Shown: piece by piece, positions 13,000 to 25,850 of the stretch
How the letters are laid out: each line of letters starts with the position of its first letter
Position numbering within the stretch: the stretch's first letter is position 1
Assembly: GCA_013265495.1 (NCBI GenBank)
Contig: MU058289.1
Span: forward strand, 248,001 to 312,000
DNA from: Vicugna vicugna
Taxonomy: Eukaryota
Direction: 5' to 3'
Length of the DNA: 64,000 nt
Program-made: the position numbers and the translations under genes
Notes under the pieces: generated by a model
What the model saw: the letters and a program-made list of their open reading frames with translations, nothing else
The model's database searches: none
What the model was told of the DNA's origin: nothing

Positions 13000-13375
13000 G
13001 AAAATATACATGCATACTCACACATGCACATCACATCCTCAGAGGCTCACCAGAATACACAAGGACACAGCAGACACGTGGAACACACATCATCTGGTCT
13101 CCTGTTCAAATACAGGGGACATACACAAGTGCACACTTAGACACACACTTCCAAAACACACACAGACTCACACCCAGACATGTGAGAGGTCACACGTGCC
13201 GAAACACACTGCATGCAGATTCTCTCTTGTACACATGTGTGAGACACATGCCCACATATATACACAAGGAACATATTCAGAGTCACATCAAACACTGTAA
13301 GGGTTGGGCTCAAACACTGTAAGGGTTGAGCACACACACCCACACACACACACATTTCCATGCACGTATACACTA
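13000..13375. repeat. CA-rich low-complexity tract
   Basis: Interrupted (CA)n / cacacat runs. Confidence 0.7.
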
Positions 13376-15659
13376 AAATCAATGAAGTCGGTCTGTCTGC
13401 CAAAAAAGCGTCAAATAAACTCAGGCCACTTCCAAGTCAGGGGGTTGTTAGACCAAGAAGGGTTGGGGGTAGCATCTCCTTATACTCAACTGGTTCCCAC
13501 CAACTAGTACAGCCTACGTCCAGCCGGTGGGGTTCACTGAAATTAGCTCAGCTTTGTAAACAGCACATGAACCAGAACTGAGGACTAGGAGTCACCTTAA
13601 AGATCATGTCTGAAGGTGCACCCTGATATGGAGGGGTCAAGGGGGCAGGAAGATGAGTAAGTCTTTCCCACCCCCACCCCCCATATACATACACTGATCA
13701 GACTCATGGGTCCCCGGCAAGCACAGACTTCTACACGGCAACCACAAGACCCTGTGCAGGAGGTTCTGATTAACTATGGTAGAAGACGGAATGCAGCTTT
13801 CAGGGGCTGCTTTGATGACTTCCAGCTATCACCATGGACGAAGACTTCTGTAAGAACATGGGGAAAGTTTACATTAGTGCAAAGAGTGGAGGAAAATATG
13901 CTGAAAACTTTTAACTAGCAAACCTAGAGACTTTGGGCCATTGTATAGATCTGCTCTGTGAAAGCCTGAACACCACAGTTGGGGATTAGAGGCTCATTTT
14001 ACAGAACGACAGGGGGGCTCAAGCCTTACTCATATCTGAGGCCCAGAAAGGAAAGATCAGTGTATTAGTAATGCCAGCTGCTGTAACAAATAACCTTCTG
14101 AATTTCAGCGACTTCAATACAAATAGTTTATTTCTCCCCACAGGCATCCTGCTTGGTTGATAGCTATCTTCCATCTGTTGATTCACACACCAGACTTGTT
14201 AATCTTGTGCCTCCATTATTTCCTGGGGCTTAGAATTATCTGCTTCTACTTGGCAAATGGGAAGAGATAGGGTGGAGAAGGTTCACCAGCTTTTTAAAAA
14301 ACTTGGCCCAGAAGTGACCTTCTACAATTTCCCTTCTGCCCATATTTTACTGGAGAGATGCAAGGGGGGGCTGAGAACATATTCCCAGGCTGGGTAACTC
14401 CCTTCCCGCCACAATTATGCAAAGAATGTGGATTATAATGGACCAAACATCAACCACCACCAGATCCACAACCTCAGGGGAGGCAGCAGGAAGAGGCTGT
14501 GGGATCTCCTTCCAGTCACTGCACCAAGTCCTGCTGCAGGGGGAAGTTCCCAGCCCCACTCTGACCACCCACTCACCTGCCCTGATCTCCTGCCTTTGGA
14601 GTGGGTGACCACAAATTTGACTCCTTTGAGGGCAAACAGAATCTGGCTTGATCTGATCATCTTTAGGTTAGTGCTGAAGGATAATGGTGAGTTCAGTGTT
14701 CTTTTTCCAGGCACTTATTGAGCCCTTACTGTGTGCCAGGCTGGATGCTGGGAACATGACCGTGAATCAGACACAGTCGGGCTTTGGAATTGTGTCTCCT
14801 CATAAAGCAGAAAGAGAACAGATAATTTCTGAACCTGTGGTTGTCGCTGTGATATTTCATTATGAACAAGATGAGGGAGAGAAAAGGGGCAAGGAAATCA
14901 CCAAGTCTGCCTGCCTAGTTGGTGATGGTGGCGATGGGGTTCAGGAAATGGATGGAAACATTTGAGGAGGAGGTCACCTGGACCAAAAGGGGGTAGGGTT
15001 TTCTAGGCAAGAGCATAACCCCTGTGTGCAGATCCAAGTGCTATCAGAAACCTAATGATTCCAGCTCTTAACACAAACCACTGCTGATTCAAGTGCTAAT
15101 CAGAAATCTGATACCTGTGAACACAAACCTGTCTGATTCATCTGCTAATTATAAATCTATGCTGATTGTAAACTCTGTCCCGGAGCAGGGCTATATCACA
15201 GACTTGGGCAGGAATAGGTACTGATAGTCATCAACCCAAAGATCCACGTTGCTAATGGCCATCTTGAGTTGATTCATGTGCTAATTACAATCTTAGGGTA
15301 ATTTAACAGAGTGATCAGAGGGTGTCATATTCACAGTGAAAAAGGGCACAGACTCTGAAGCCTGACAGCCTGGGTTCAAATTCCATTCCTGTAAAGAGGG
15401 GGCTGGTAGTACTTCAGATGTCTACTGGGAAGACTAAATGAGTCAGTACAAGTAAAGCACTGGGAGCAGTGCATAGCACCTAAGTGCTGACTCTGTAAGT
15501 ACTAGCTGTAATAAAAATGATAATATGCAGCCAACAGTTACTGTTCTGATTTGATTTAATTCCGATAGCGGGCCCTACGTGCAGTTTTTCACCACCGTCA
15601 TCCTTCCTTGGCCCAGGTCTGAGGGTCTCACCCTCTGCAAAGTCTTCCCAGAGTTTCCC

Positions 15660-16210
15660 AGAAGTCCCCAGTCCCGCCCCCGCCCACGTCCCTTTCTGCA
15701 CCTTTCCCGGGCCGGGGCGAAACCTCCCAATCGCCACGTGGGGGCAGCAACACACCTCTCAGCCGCTGCGCGCGCGATGCGTTGTAGGATACGTAGTCTC
15801 GCGGACAGGTTAAGCGGTGACTTCGGCTACGCATGCGAACTGCATTTCCCAGAAGGCCATGCGACACCCTCTGCCTCACCTTGCTCAAATCTGGAGGCGG
15901 AGGCCTCGCCTCAGAGAGCGCGCCTGCAGGGCGGCGCGGGGAGTTATGGGGTGTAGGGGCTGAGTCCGTTGCACCGAGGACGGGGTGCTGCGCAGGCGTG
16001 GGTGGTCTGTCGCGCCCGGGGGACCTTAGCTGGTGGGTGGCCCAGGTGCCACAGACGCCACAACTAGAAGTTGAGGCAGCGGTGGAGGCTCTGCCGTTCC
16101 TTACTCGAGGGAGAGCGAGACCCTCACACTGTGTTTTGCCCCAGAGCCAGCTCAGCCGCCTTCCGGCTCACCTGCATCTCCACCTCTGGAGTCTGTTCAT
16201 GGCGCTCCGG
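15660..16210. promoter_or_regulatory. Orphan CpG-island promoter-like element
   Basis: CpG-dense. Contains GC boxes (~15673-15686), CCAAT 15727-15731, E-box CACGTG 15735-15740, TCTCGCGGA 15797-15805, CGCATGCG 15830-15837 and AACTGCATTTCCCAGAAGGCC 15838-15858. Confidence 0.7.
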
Positions 16211-16289
16211 TCTTAAGAGGAAAAAAAAAATTCCTTTCCCCTATTTCTCTCCTGTCCTTCACAACCACCCCCTCCCCCCTTAAAAAAAG

Positions 16290-16960
16290 AAAACCTTATT
16301 ATGGTAATGTTCAGCTGTGCACAAAAATAGAATAGTATGGTGATTCTCCAGGTACCCATCACTTTCTTCAACAATTATTAACATATGGCCAATCTTACTT
16401 TATTTTTTCCGCTTCCCTCGGCGCCGAATTAGTTGAAAGCAAACCCCAGACAGCATATGATTTCATCCATAAAAACTTCTGTATATATCTCTAAAATATG
16501 AGGTTCTTAAAAAACATAATTATAACACCTAAAAATGAATAATTCCACAATATTATCTAATACCCAACCCATCTCCAAATTTCCCTGATTGTCTCCTAAA
16601 TGTCTTTTAACTCTTGGCTTTTTCAAATCAGTATCCAAACAGGATAGTGCATTGCATTTTGTTGATACCTCTTAAAGTCTTTTATTTTATGATAGTCCTC
16701 CCTCACTCTCATTCATCTCACAGTCTGATCTGGGAGGTTGCACTTCTTGGCGTACTTTAATATGTTCTATCCCCTGTATGCCCTGCAAACTGATAAATCT
16801 AGAGGCTGGGTCAGATTCAGTTTCAGTTTGCTGGTAAGTGTACTTCATGGGTGATGTCGAGTTCTTCCAACAGGAGACATATAATAATGTCTGGGTGTTT
16901 CTTTCTTGTGTGTGATGTTAATATTCAGTGTTGGGTTTGAGTGTTGCCAATCCATTATTA
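16290..16960 (-). mobile_element. Old L1 (L1M) 3'-region fragment
   Basis: AT-rich sequence with typical antisense L1M 3'-end phrases (caacaattattaacatatggccaatctt, caaaccccagacagcatatgatttcatccataaa). Confidence 0.55.
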
Positions 16961-17136
16961 TTATTCCATCCATTATAATACCACAGCCAAACTTCAGAAA
17001 GGAAGTGTCTCCATGCTCTCCCTGTCTATTTCATAAATGTTGCCTCCTGTTGCTAAAGTTCTTCCTTGTTGCTAAACTCAAGAGGCAATTCTCCATCTTC
17101 AACTCACTGGTCCTGCAATAATAGGCCTGTCTTCTT

Positions 17137-17459
17137 GTGCTGTGTAGTAGGGTAGCGGCTAGCCATGCAAGTGACTTTTGAGAGCTTAACTAGTCCTAAT
17201 TGTGATGTGCTGTAAATATAAACAAATACACTGGGATTTCAAAGACTTAGGACCAAAAAAAGAATGTAAAATATCTCAAGAATTTAAAAAATATTGATAA
17301 TATGTTGAAATGATAGTCTTTGGGATATATTAATATGCATGAGTGAACTATTTTATTAAAATTAATTTCACTTGTTTCTTTTTCCTTTTAAAGTGTAGCT
17401 ACTAGAAATTTTAAAATCACGTAGATGGCTCGCATTGTATTTCTATTAGAAAGTATTGT
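17137..17459 (-). mobile_element. MER33-like hAT-Charlie DNA transposon relic
   Basis: Ends ...gtgtagctactagaaattttaaaatcacgtagatggctcgcattgtatttctattag, the reverse complement of the recalled MER33 start; about 320 bp long. Confidence 0.7.
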
Positions 17460-17466
17460 TCTAGAC

Positions 17467-17635
17467 CAGTGGTTTTCAAAGTGTGATTGCTGGACCGGCA
17501 GCTTCAGCATCAGCATCAGCATCACATGACAATTTGTTAAAAATGCAAATTCTCTGTTGCCTTAAACCTACTGAACCAGAATCTCTGGGGATGAGACCCA
17601 GCAGTCTGCATTCTGACAAATTCTCCTGACGATTC
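17467..17635. mobile_element. MER5A-like DNA transposon relic
   Basis: cagtggttttcaaagtgtg...cagcatcagcatcac...aaaaatgcaaattctc...cctactgaaccagaatctctgggg...cccagcagtctgcatt. Confidence 0.75.
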
Positions 17636-17779
17636 TTGTCTGAAAACTCCCCTCCCGTGACACAGGGCTGTCCCAACTGCACCCACCTCTCACCCTGCAA
17701 CTGTTAACACCTTGGTCTGAGAACCATTCTCTTCTACCAACTGGTTTGCTGGCATTTAATCTTTGGTCCTACTTGTAAT

Positions 17780-18360
17780 CCTCAAACCACAGCTCTCGGG
17801 CTGATTCAGAAACATAAATCAGATCACATTACTTCCCTGCTTAAAACCTTCCAATGGCTTCTTGTTACACTTAAGGTAAAATCCAAACTCCTTCCTGTGA
17901 TCCTTGCAGCCTCCTTGTCTTCACATCATCCTCTGATTCCCTTTTGCTCTTCATGCCCCAGCCTTGCCACTTTTCTCGCCGTTACTCGCACACTCCCAGC
18001 TCTTTCCTACCTCGGGGACTTTGTGATGGCCATTCCCTCTTCTGAGAGCACGGTTCTCCCTTTGTAGGGCTGGCTCTCTCTTTTCCTTCAGTCTCAGCTT
18101 AGATGCCCCCTTCTCAATGCAGCCATTGTGCCACTAAAAAGCCCGACTCTCCCACAACCACGTTCACACCATATCAACCATCTTTCATTCTCTGCATGGC
18201 ATGTACCACACACTGTTCTTCCTCTTCTCCATTCATCTGTCTGTCTGTCTCCCCCACTATCACGTACCCATATGAGGGCAGGAAGTCATCTCTTGAGCCC
18301 ACCACCTTGTCTCCAGCTCCCCCTACAGTGCCTCCACACAGTAGGTGCTCAGAAAAGGTC
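17780..18360 (+). mobile_element. L2 LINE 3' fragment
   Basis: aaatcagatcacattacttccctgcttaaaaccttccaatggctt...aaaatccaaactcctt and the 3' end atgagggcagg...cacagtaggtgctca are L2 hallmarks. Confidence 0.7.
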
Positions 18361-19824
18361 TGCTCACTGACCCAGCACGTAAACTGCTGCAGCTGTCCCT
18401 CCTCGGTCTCTCTTCCTGCCTCCTCCTCCTCTGAAGTCAGAGGACCGTTGGCATTCATAATGTTTGAAATCTCGGAGCATTCCCCAGGACAATCTGATTT
18501 CTGGCTTCTGCCACACTGGGATAGCTGACGACACAGAGCCTGCTTTCCTGCTTGGGCCCAGTAGGCTGGAGTTGCTAGACCTGTGAGGGCCCCATGAGGC
18601 TACAGAAACCACTCCCATATTAGAACAGAGGGATGTTAACATATCAGGGTGGTTATGCTGCAGATGGAGGAGCTTAAAGCCATCATCTTCTTTTCCCTTC
18701 AACTTTATGGATCAGAAATACACCAAGGGCTCAGTGGGACTTTTCTCACTGAGTATCTGTCCTGTGGTTGAAGTCAGAGTTGACTGGGGCTGGAGGTGTT
18801 TAAAAAGCGACTGGGCTGATGTCCAAGATGGCTCACTCACACTGCTGGCAGTGTTGCTGGCTGTCAGGTGAGAGCTCATTGGCTGTTGACCAGAGCAACT
18901 ACACGTGGCCACTCCAGCATGGTGACCTTACATGGTGGCTGACTTATTCCAGAGCTTTTGTCCTGAAAGATCCAGGCGGAAACTGTATGGGTTTTTTTCT
19001 GACTCGGCCTCAGAAGTCACAGAGCATCACTTCGGCAGTCACAGACCCACCCAGACTCAACATGAACCTATGTAGACCCCACCTTTAAGTCTGAGGAACT
19101 GGTGGCCACATCTTGCTACAAAGAATGTTCTTTAAGGCACTGAAGAGTCTTTTTCTCTCCTGACTCTAGACATTCTCCTTAGATGAACTTCTCCATTATG
19201 TTCTGGTGGCTTTGATGACATGGCTACGATTCCCAGTCCTGTTATCTGCCCAGATCATCCTTTGATGTGTAGAGTGGCTACCAGCTGGACATCTTCCTGA
19301 CCCAGATATTGCTCAGACGTCTCAAAATATTTAAACTTGGGTAATTCAGATACCCAGTTGCTGGTTGGGAATCACTGTTCATCAAGATGAAGTCTGGACT
19401 CAACAAAATAAAAAGACTTAGCAGGCTTCAAAAAAAAACATGAATTCTAGATTTCTTACTGTGGCATTCAGGGCCTCCACCTCCCCTATTATATGGACTC
19501 TGATTTTGCCCCAGCCTTGTCTCTCTGCCTTGGACTTTAGGGATTCACCAAGACAGTCTCAGTGGTTTCTCACCTGTGTGCCTCTGTACACACTCTTCCA
19601 TTTGACTGACTGTGTTCTCCTCATTTTTAATACACATGTCTGGGGTTACCTCCACTGGAAGTCACTTCCTTTCTTGGGCTTGGAGAGGTACTCCCTCAGG
19701 GTCCAGGAATGGCCTGGGCCCCTGCATTCACTGCATTTCAGGAGCCTATGTCTGTGTGGTCTGCCGTTGTATCTGCATCCTGCCTGACCCTTGTGAATGG
19801 TCAATAAGGAGCCATTTAATGGAT

Positions 19825-20337
19825 TGTGGAAGTCAATTACACTGAGATTCCCAAAGAACTAAACTTCCGTATTCACAATCTTATATAGTGCTCTCCCCTT
19901 GAATCTGCCTTGGATATATAACTTGCTTTAACCAAAAAGATGAGAGAGAAGTCACACTTGGCCAGTTTTGGCCTAAGGCTTTTGTGCACTCAGGAGCCCT
20001 GAGCTCCTTGTTGGCGAGACCACATGGAAAGTCCATGTGGAGACCTGTAGAAGCCAGACAGCAGTAAGAATTGATGCCTCTGATATATGAGCCGAGTCCA
20101 GCTGTTCTAGTTATCCCTTAGCCATTCAAACTTTTCCTGAAGCACCAGACTTGCAAGTGAAGAAGCCCTCTTGGATGTTCTAACTGTAGCTGACATGACA
20201 TGGAACAGAGAAACAATCTCTGCTGTGTCCTATTCAAATTCTTGAAACACAGGGCATTGAACAAATAATAACATGGTTGCTCTTTGAAGCCATTAGTTGT
20301 GGGAAATTTTGTTATGCAGCAATAGCTACCTGATACA
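19825..20337. mobile_element. MaLR (MLT1-type) solo LTR
   Basis: Begins tgtgg and ends ...ttgaagccattagttgtggg...tgttatgcagcaatagctacctgataca, the characteristic MLT1 terminus. Confidence 0.7.
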
Positions 20338-20639
20338 GCCTGAGTAAACTGTTTCCTATTTATCTGCAGGCCTCACAGAGGAAGGGGCAGAATATTATTC
20401 CCAGCATAAATACACTCACTGCCAAGATCAGGGCTAGCATATTGTATGCATTCATCTATTTGCTCACTATTCATTCATTCACTTACTTATTCTTTCACCA
20501 GATAGTTATTAAGATCCTGCCATGTGCCAAGCTCTGTTCTATGTGCTGTGAATACACTGGTGACGAGACAGACAAAATCATGGAGTACACATATTATAAA
20601 GTGTGATTTCAGTGTAAGGGCAAGCATCCTGGGTAATGT

Positions 20640-21600
20640 ACCAGAATGAATGGCCAAAGACTGAGTAAAGAAAGCAAGAATAGATTAAAGAACAGAAGCA
20701 TAATGTCACACCAGTTGGATTTATGTCTCAGCCATTTGGGAGAAAATATCAACTTAGAGCCTCATCTTGCATGATAAATGAAAATAAATCCCAGATGGAC
20801 TAGAGCAAGATGTGGGAAGAAAATTACACAATAAAAATCTTGAAGATGAAATAAATATTTAACGACCTCTGGGTTGGGAAAGACTTTCTGAACTTGAAAG
20901 TGGAACAAAAAAACAAAACAACAACAAAAACAAAAAAAATCACTAAGGAAAATTTTGATGGGTTTGACTGTCTAGAAAAGCTGAATATTCCATTTGCTCA
21001 AAAAGGGCATGACTAAAATTGAAGTCAAACAAATAATAAAGAAAAATATTTGCAACAGATATGATAGAAAAGTGGTTAACATGATGTAATAAAGATATTA
21101 ATAAGTGAATGTGGAATTAACATGAAAAGCCAATCCCCCAAAGAAAGATGGGCAATTAATATAAAAAGACAATTCAAAGAAGAACTATAAATAACCAAAA
21201 AAAGATGAAAATCAAGTTTATCCCCAGTAATAGTCAGATAATTTGCCACTTGAAACACTGAGATGTTGCCCTTTGCCTGTCGAATCAGCAAAGATGTTTG
21301 AAATATGGTTCCCTTTGGCTGAGAAGAGTTCAAGGCAATGGGAGACCCCACTCACCATGAATGGGATGTGAATGGAATCCGAATTGGAATGACCCTTCTG
21401 GAGATAGATTTGGCAGCCTGAGTCCAGAGCCTGAAAATGTGCATATCTATTAATTCACCATTTACACTACTAGGAATTTAGCCCCTGGAAGGAATCCAGC
21501 AAGTGGAAAAAGATTTCACTAGAAGGATTTTCATGGCACCATTTAAAAAATAGTAGCCAAACAAATAAAAACAAACTGGAAATAATTTGATTATGTCCTA
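20640..21600 (+). mobile_element. Degraded L1 ORF2 3' region
   Basis: A-rich with L1 phrases (aaaataaatcccagatggact, gggaaagactttct, aaaatatttgcaac, aaagatgggcaa...agacaattca, cttctggag...tttggcag); no intact ORF. Confidence 0.65.
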
Positions 21601-22021
21601 CTACCACTTGACAAAGATCCATGGGATGTTAATTAGTATTTAATAATAAAAGGCTCCTTGATAAAATAAATATGGGAAATGCTGGCTTGAATGAATTTAG
21701 GTGAGTTGCAGGAATTTTCATCAATATGCTGGAGTCCATGATACCTGTACAAGAGGGGACGTCCTAGGCACTTTTTTCCTGAAATTATTTATTTATTTCT
21801 GAATTTATTTTCAGTCATTCAGCTATTGCTGGCAACCATCATGTTGTTTCTTCTGCCTCATTCTATTGGCCACGTCAGGTCCCAAGACCCACTCAGATTC
21901 AAGGGGTGGGGAAATAGATTCCACTCTTTGGTGGAAGTTGCTGTGCAGTCAGGTGGCAAAGGGCATGGAGACAGGGAGGGGTGAAAAACTGGGGCCATTT
22001 TTGCAGTCCACTGGAGCCCTT

Positions 22022-22179
22022 AAAATTTTAAAAAAATTTTTATTTACTTATTTTAATTTTTAGGGGGAGGTAATTAGTTTTACTTATTTATTTATTTTCA
22101 GAGGAGGTACTGGGGATTGAACCCAGGACCTTGTGTATGCTAAACACGTGCTCTACCACTCAAGCTATATCTTCCCTTT
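22022..22179 (-). mobile_element. tRNA-Ala-derived SINE (camelid Vic-1-like) with target-site duplication
   Basis: Reverse complement of the head ...tatagcttgagtggtagagcacgtgtttagcatacacaaggtcctgggttcaatccccagtacctcc, followed by an AT-rich tail. TSD ctggagccctt at 22011-22021 and 22180-22190. Confidence 0.88.
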
Positions 22180-23499
22180 CTGGAGCCCTTTCTTCATGTG
22201 TATTAGGTAAAGCAAACTTCTAGCAATTGTTAACCAAAAAATCCCGAAATCTCAGTGGCTTGATACAATCTGTCTTCTTTCACATGATAGTGTGATGTAG
22301 GGTATCAGGGACTCAGGCTCATCCCATCCGGCAACTCCGGGCTCCTTTATCTCCCCTGCTCCTGCCCCCAGTCTTCTCCATCAGTGGCTGTTGAAAGAGG
22401 TGAGAGCCACAAGTGGGAAGTTTTTAGGATCACACACACATCTGCTCACTTGCCCATTGCCTCAAAGACCTGATTGCAAGGGAGGATGGGAAATGTGGTC
22501 CAGCTGTGTGCCAAGAGGCAACAGGGGAGCAGTTTTAGTGAGCAGTTAGTCTCTGCCACACATTTGGGAACATGCTGTATCTGAGTGTAGAGAAGGGATG
22601 TGTGTTTATTTGCTTTCTTTATCACATGTCTTCCTCCACGAGGGCAGTTTTATTCACCATTGCATACCCATCACCTGTCCAGGGGCCCACTGAGCACTCA
22701 ACAGATATGTGTGGAATGAATGGATGAATGCATGAGTAAGTAAAAAATTCAGTATCTTCAGAGGATGTAATCTTATGAGCCAATTAAAGACTGATATATG
22801 TAAGGAGATTTTTGGGAACGTGAGAAATTACTCACATATAATGGGCACTTAGGTAGGGTCTAGGGTTAGGTAGGCTATGAACCCATAACAGAATTCAATG
22901 TAACAGTAGCCAAAACAAAGGAGAACTGTATTTCTGCCTCACCAATAGACCAAGCATAAATAGTCCAGGGCTTCACGGCATCAGTATGGAGGTTTTATGA
23001 CATCAGAGATCCAGATTGCTTTGACTACAGTCCTGCATCCCCAGGGTTCCCCGACCTGAGTGGTCCAAGATGGCTCCCACCACATCCACATTCCAGGCAG
23101 TGGGAGGGCGAAAGGGAAATGGAGACCCATCCCGTGGCTCTTTCTGAGCATGGGTGAATTGAGAAGTAAAATCTTAGCTTGATGCCTAATTTATTCTGAG
23201 GGTCATCTCTGGTTTCTTCCCAGGGCAAAGAGCAGATGTATAACAGTCATGTCAGGTCACAGGTGAACAGTCGAAGGGAATATAGCTGCTTGTTCCATAT
23301 TAATACAAGTTGTTTGCAAAAATGTGCAGGATGCGAATTTGCATGTATGGTATGGTCAGAAATATCTAAAAATATTCCCAGTAAAGTGACAGGAAGGAAA
23401 TACAACAAAATATTGTAATGAAGTTGTCTCTCTGAGGTAGGTGAAGTTTCTTGTTCATTTTGTATTTTGCTGTATTTTTCCAAATGAGCAAGCATTATC

Positions 23500-25850
23500 A
23501 GATCTTTAAATTTTATTTATTGTGACATGTAGAACACTGATCCCACAGTGGGATACTATGGGTACGCTGCAATGTCTGTACCCATTCTCCTGTGATGGAC
23601 ATTTGGTTTGATTCCCCTGAAGGGCTTTGCAAATAGGGCAACCGTGAAGAGCCTCGCACAGCCTTCCTGGTGTCCACCCACCAGTGTCTCCAGGGTACAG
23701 ATCCGGGGGCAGAATTTTCAAGTCACCAGGAAAAGCAATGTTAAACTGTTTCCAAAGTGGTTAAACCACTTCCACTTGCTCTTTCAGCAAGTGCCTGAGA
23801 GTTTCTGTTGCTCCACATCTTCACCACACCTGGTATTGTCAGATTTTGCCACTTTTGTCATTTCTAGGTGAAGAGGGAAGGTGTTTTCATTTGCATTTCC
23901 CATTGAAGTTGAGCACCTTTTCATACCTGTATTGCATTTGGATTTTCTCTTTTGTAAAGTGTCTGCTCAAGAGTTTTGCTCATTTTTCTTTTGAGGTCGG
24001 CTGTTTGATTTTTAAGGAGTTCCTTGTATATGCTGGGTATGTATCAAATCCTTAGTCTATACTATATGTTGCAAATATCTTTTCCAACTCTGTGACCATT
24101 TTCTAACAGTATCTTTTTTTTTAAGTGAAAAATCTTAAATATACACAAAAGTGGAGAGAACAGAATTCCCATAAACTCATAACCAGCTTCAACAGTTGTC
24201 AATTTATAGCTGATCTTATTTCCTCTCTACCTGTACTTACTCCTTCCTCCTTGGATTATTTTAAACAAATTCCAAATATCTTATTATTTTACCCCCCAAA
24301 ATTTAGTAAGTAGGTATCTGTAAGTGTAAATATAAAAATATAACTGTATAACCATATCACTCTAAGATATCTCTTTTATTTTATTTTATTTTTAAGATAT
24401 CTCTTGAGAAATGCAAATTCTTAGTGTTAATTAGTCAAATGTAACCACGTCATCTTTTACAGTTAGTGCTTTTGGGGTCTTGATTAAGAAATCTTTTCTC
24501 TTCCTTGAGGTTATGAATTAATTATCCTACATTATCTTTTCAAAACTCTTGTTTTGCCTTTCTGGGTCCATGATCTACCTAGAGTTGATTTTTGTGCATG
24601 GTATGAGGTAGGAGTCTAATGTAATTTTCATCCATTTAGATAACAAACTAACTCAGCCTATTCATTGAAAAGACTGTCTTTAAAAATTTTTTTTCTAAGG
24701 TGGGGAGGTAATTAGGTTTTGCTTACTTATTTTTAGAGGAGGTATTGGGGATTGAACCCAGGACCTTGTGCATGCTAAGCATACACTCTACCGGTTGAGC
24801 TATACCCTCCCCCCTGAAAAGACCATCTTTTTCTATATTGTTTTGCAGGAAAACCTCTATCACAAAGCAGGTGATCGTATTTATATTGGTATATTTCTGG
24901 AATCTCTGTTCTGTCCTAGTTCACCAATCACTGCATTAATTTCCAAAGCTTTACAGTAGGTCTTGATATCAGGTAGGGTGAGACCTCTCACCTTGTTCTG
25001 CTCCAAGAGCATCTTTGTTAAACTTGGGTCTTCATATTTTTGCACAAAATTTAGGATCTGCCTGCAAGTTTCATAAGAAAAAACTTTTAGACTCTAGATT
25101 ATGAATGGATTGAATATATAGATAAATTCAGGGAAAACTGCTATCCAATCCAATAACATGATATATCAAGCCATTTATTTCGATTTTTTAAAAAGTCTTT
25201 TATAAAGTTTCCCTGTACAGACTTTTCACATAGTTTGTTAGATTTATTGCTAGGTACTTGACCATTTATGCTAATGTAAATCGTTACTTTTCTCCACTTT
25301 TGTTTGGTTTATGGCTGGCACGCAGCAATGAAATCGATTTTTATAGATTGATTTTATATCCAGTAACTTAGCAAATTCTGATATGAATTCTAATAAATGG
25401 TCTGTAGAGTCTTCTGAATTTTCTTTAGCCAGAATCATATAATCTATTAATAATGAGGCCAATAACTTTCATTTCCTGCTTTACTGCAGAGTTAAGGTCT
25501 CTGGGACAAAACCGAACAAATGTGGTGACAACGAGCATCTTTCTTTTTCTTATTCCAAACTTAGGAGGAAAGCTTTAAATATTTAACTATTAAATCTTTT
25601 AATACTTAACCATAAACGATGTTAGCTTTTGCTAGTGCTTTTCATCAAATTTTAAAATACACTTCTAGTCCTAGTTTTCTGAGACTTTCATGAGTTGATG
25701 CTGAATTTTATCAAACACCTGTGGCATCTGTTGAGATAATCATACACTTCCCCCCTTAACCTGTTAACGTGCTGGTTGACATTAATTGATTTACTAATAC
25801 TCAGCCAGCCTTGCATTTTCACTATAACTCTAACTTGATCATGATCTAAT
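23500..25850 (-). mobile_element. Degraded antisense L1 (L1M) block, interrupted by younger insertions
   Basis: gatggacatttggtttg, tttcatttgcatttccc, tatatgttgcaaatatcttttcc, gttgatttttgtgcatggtatgaggtagg, gattgattttatatccagtaactt are antisense L1 ORF2/3' phrases. Confidence 0.7.
24682..24814 (-). mobile_element. tRNA-Ala-derived SINE (camelid Vic-1-like) with target-site duplication
   Basis: Same family as the element at 43744. TSD tgaaaagactgtcttt (24666-24681) / tgaaaagaccatcttt (24815-24830). Confidence 0.9.

Noticed and set aside
15031..15295. CRISPR-like repeat-spacer array (also considered for 45014-45365 and 9100-9800)
   Set aside because: Repeats are degenerate with irregular spacing, there are no cas genes, and the DNA is mammalian.
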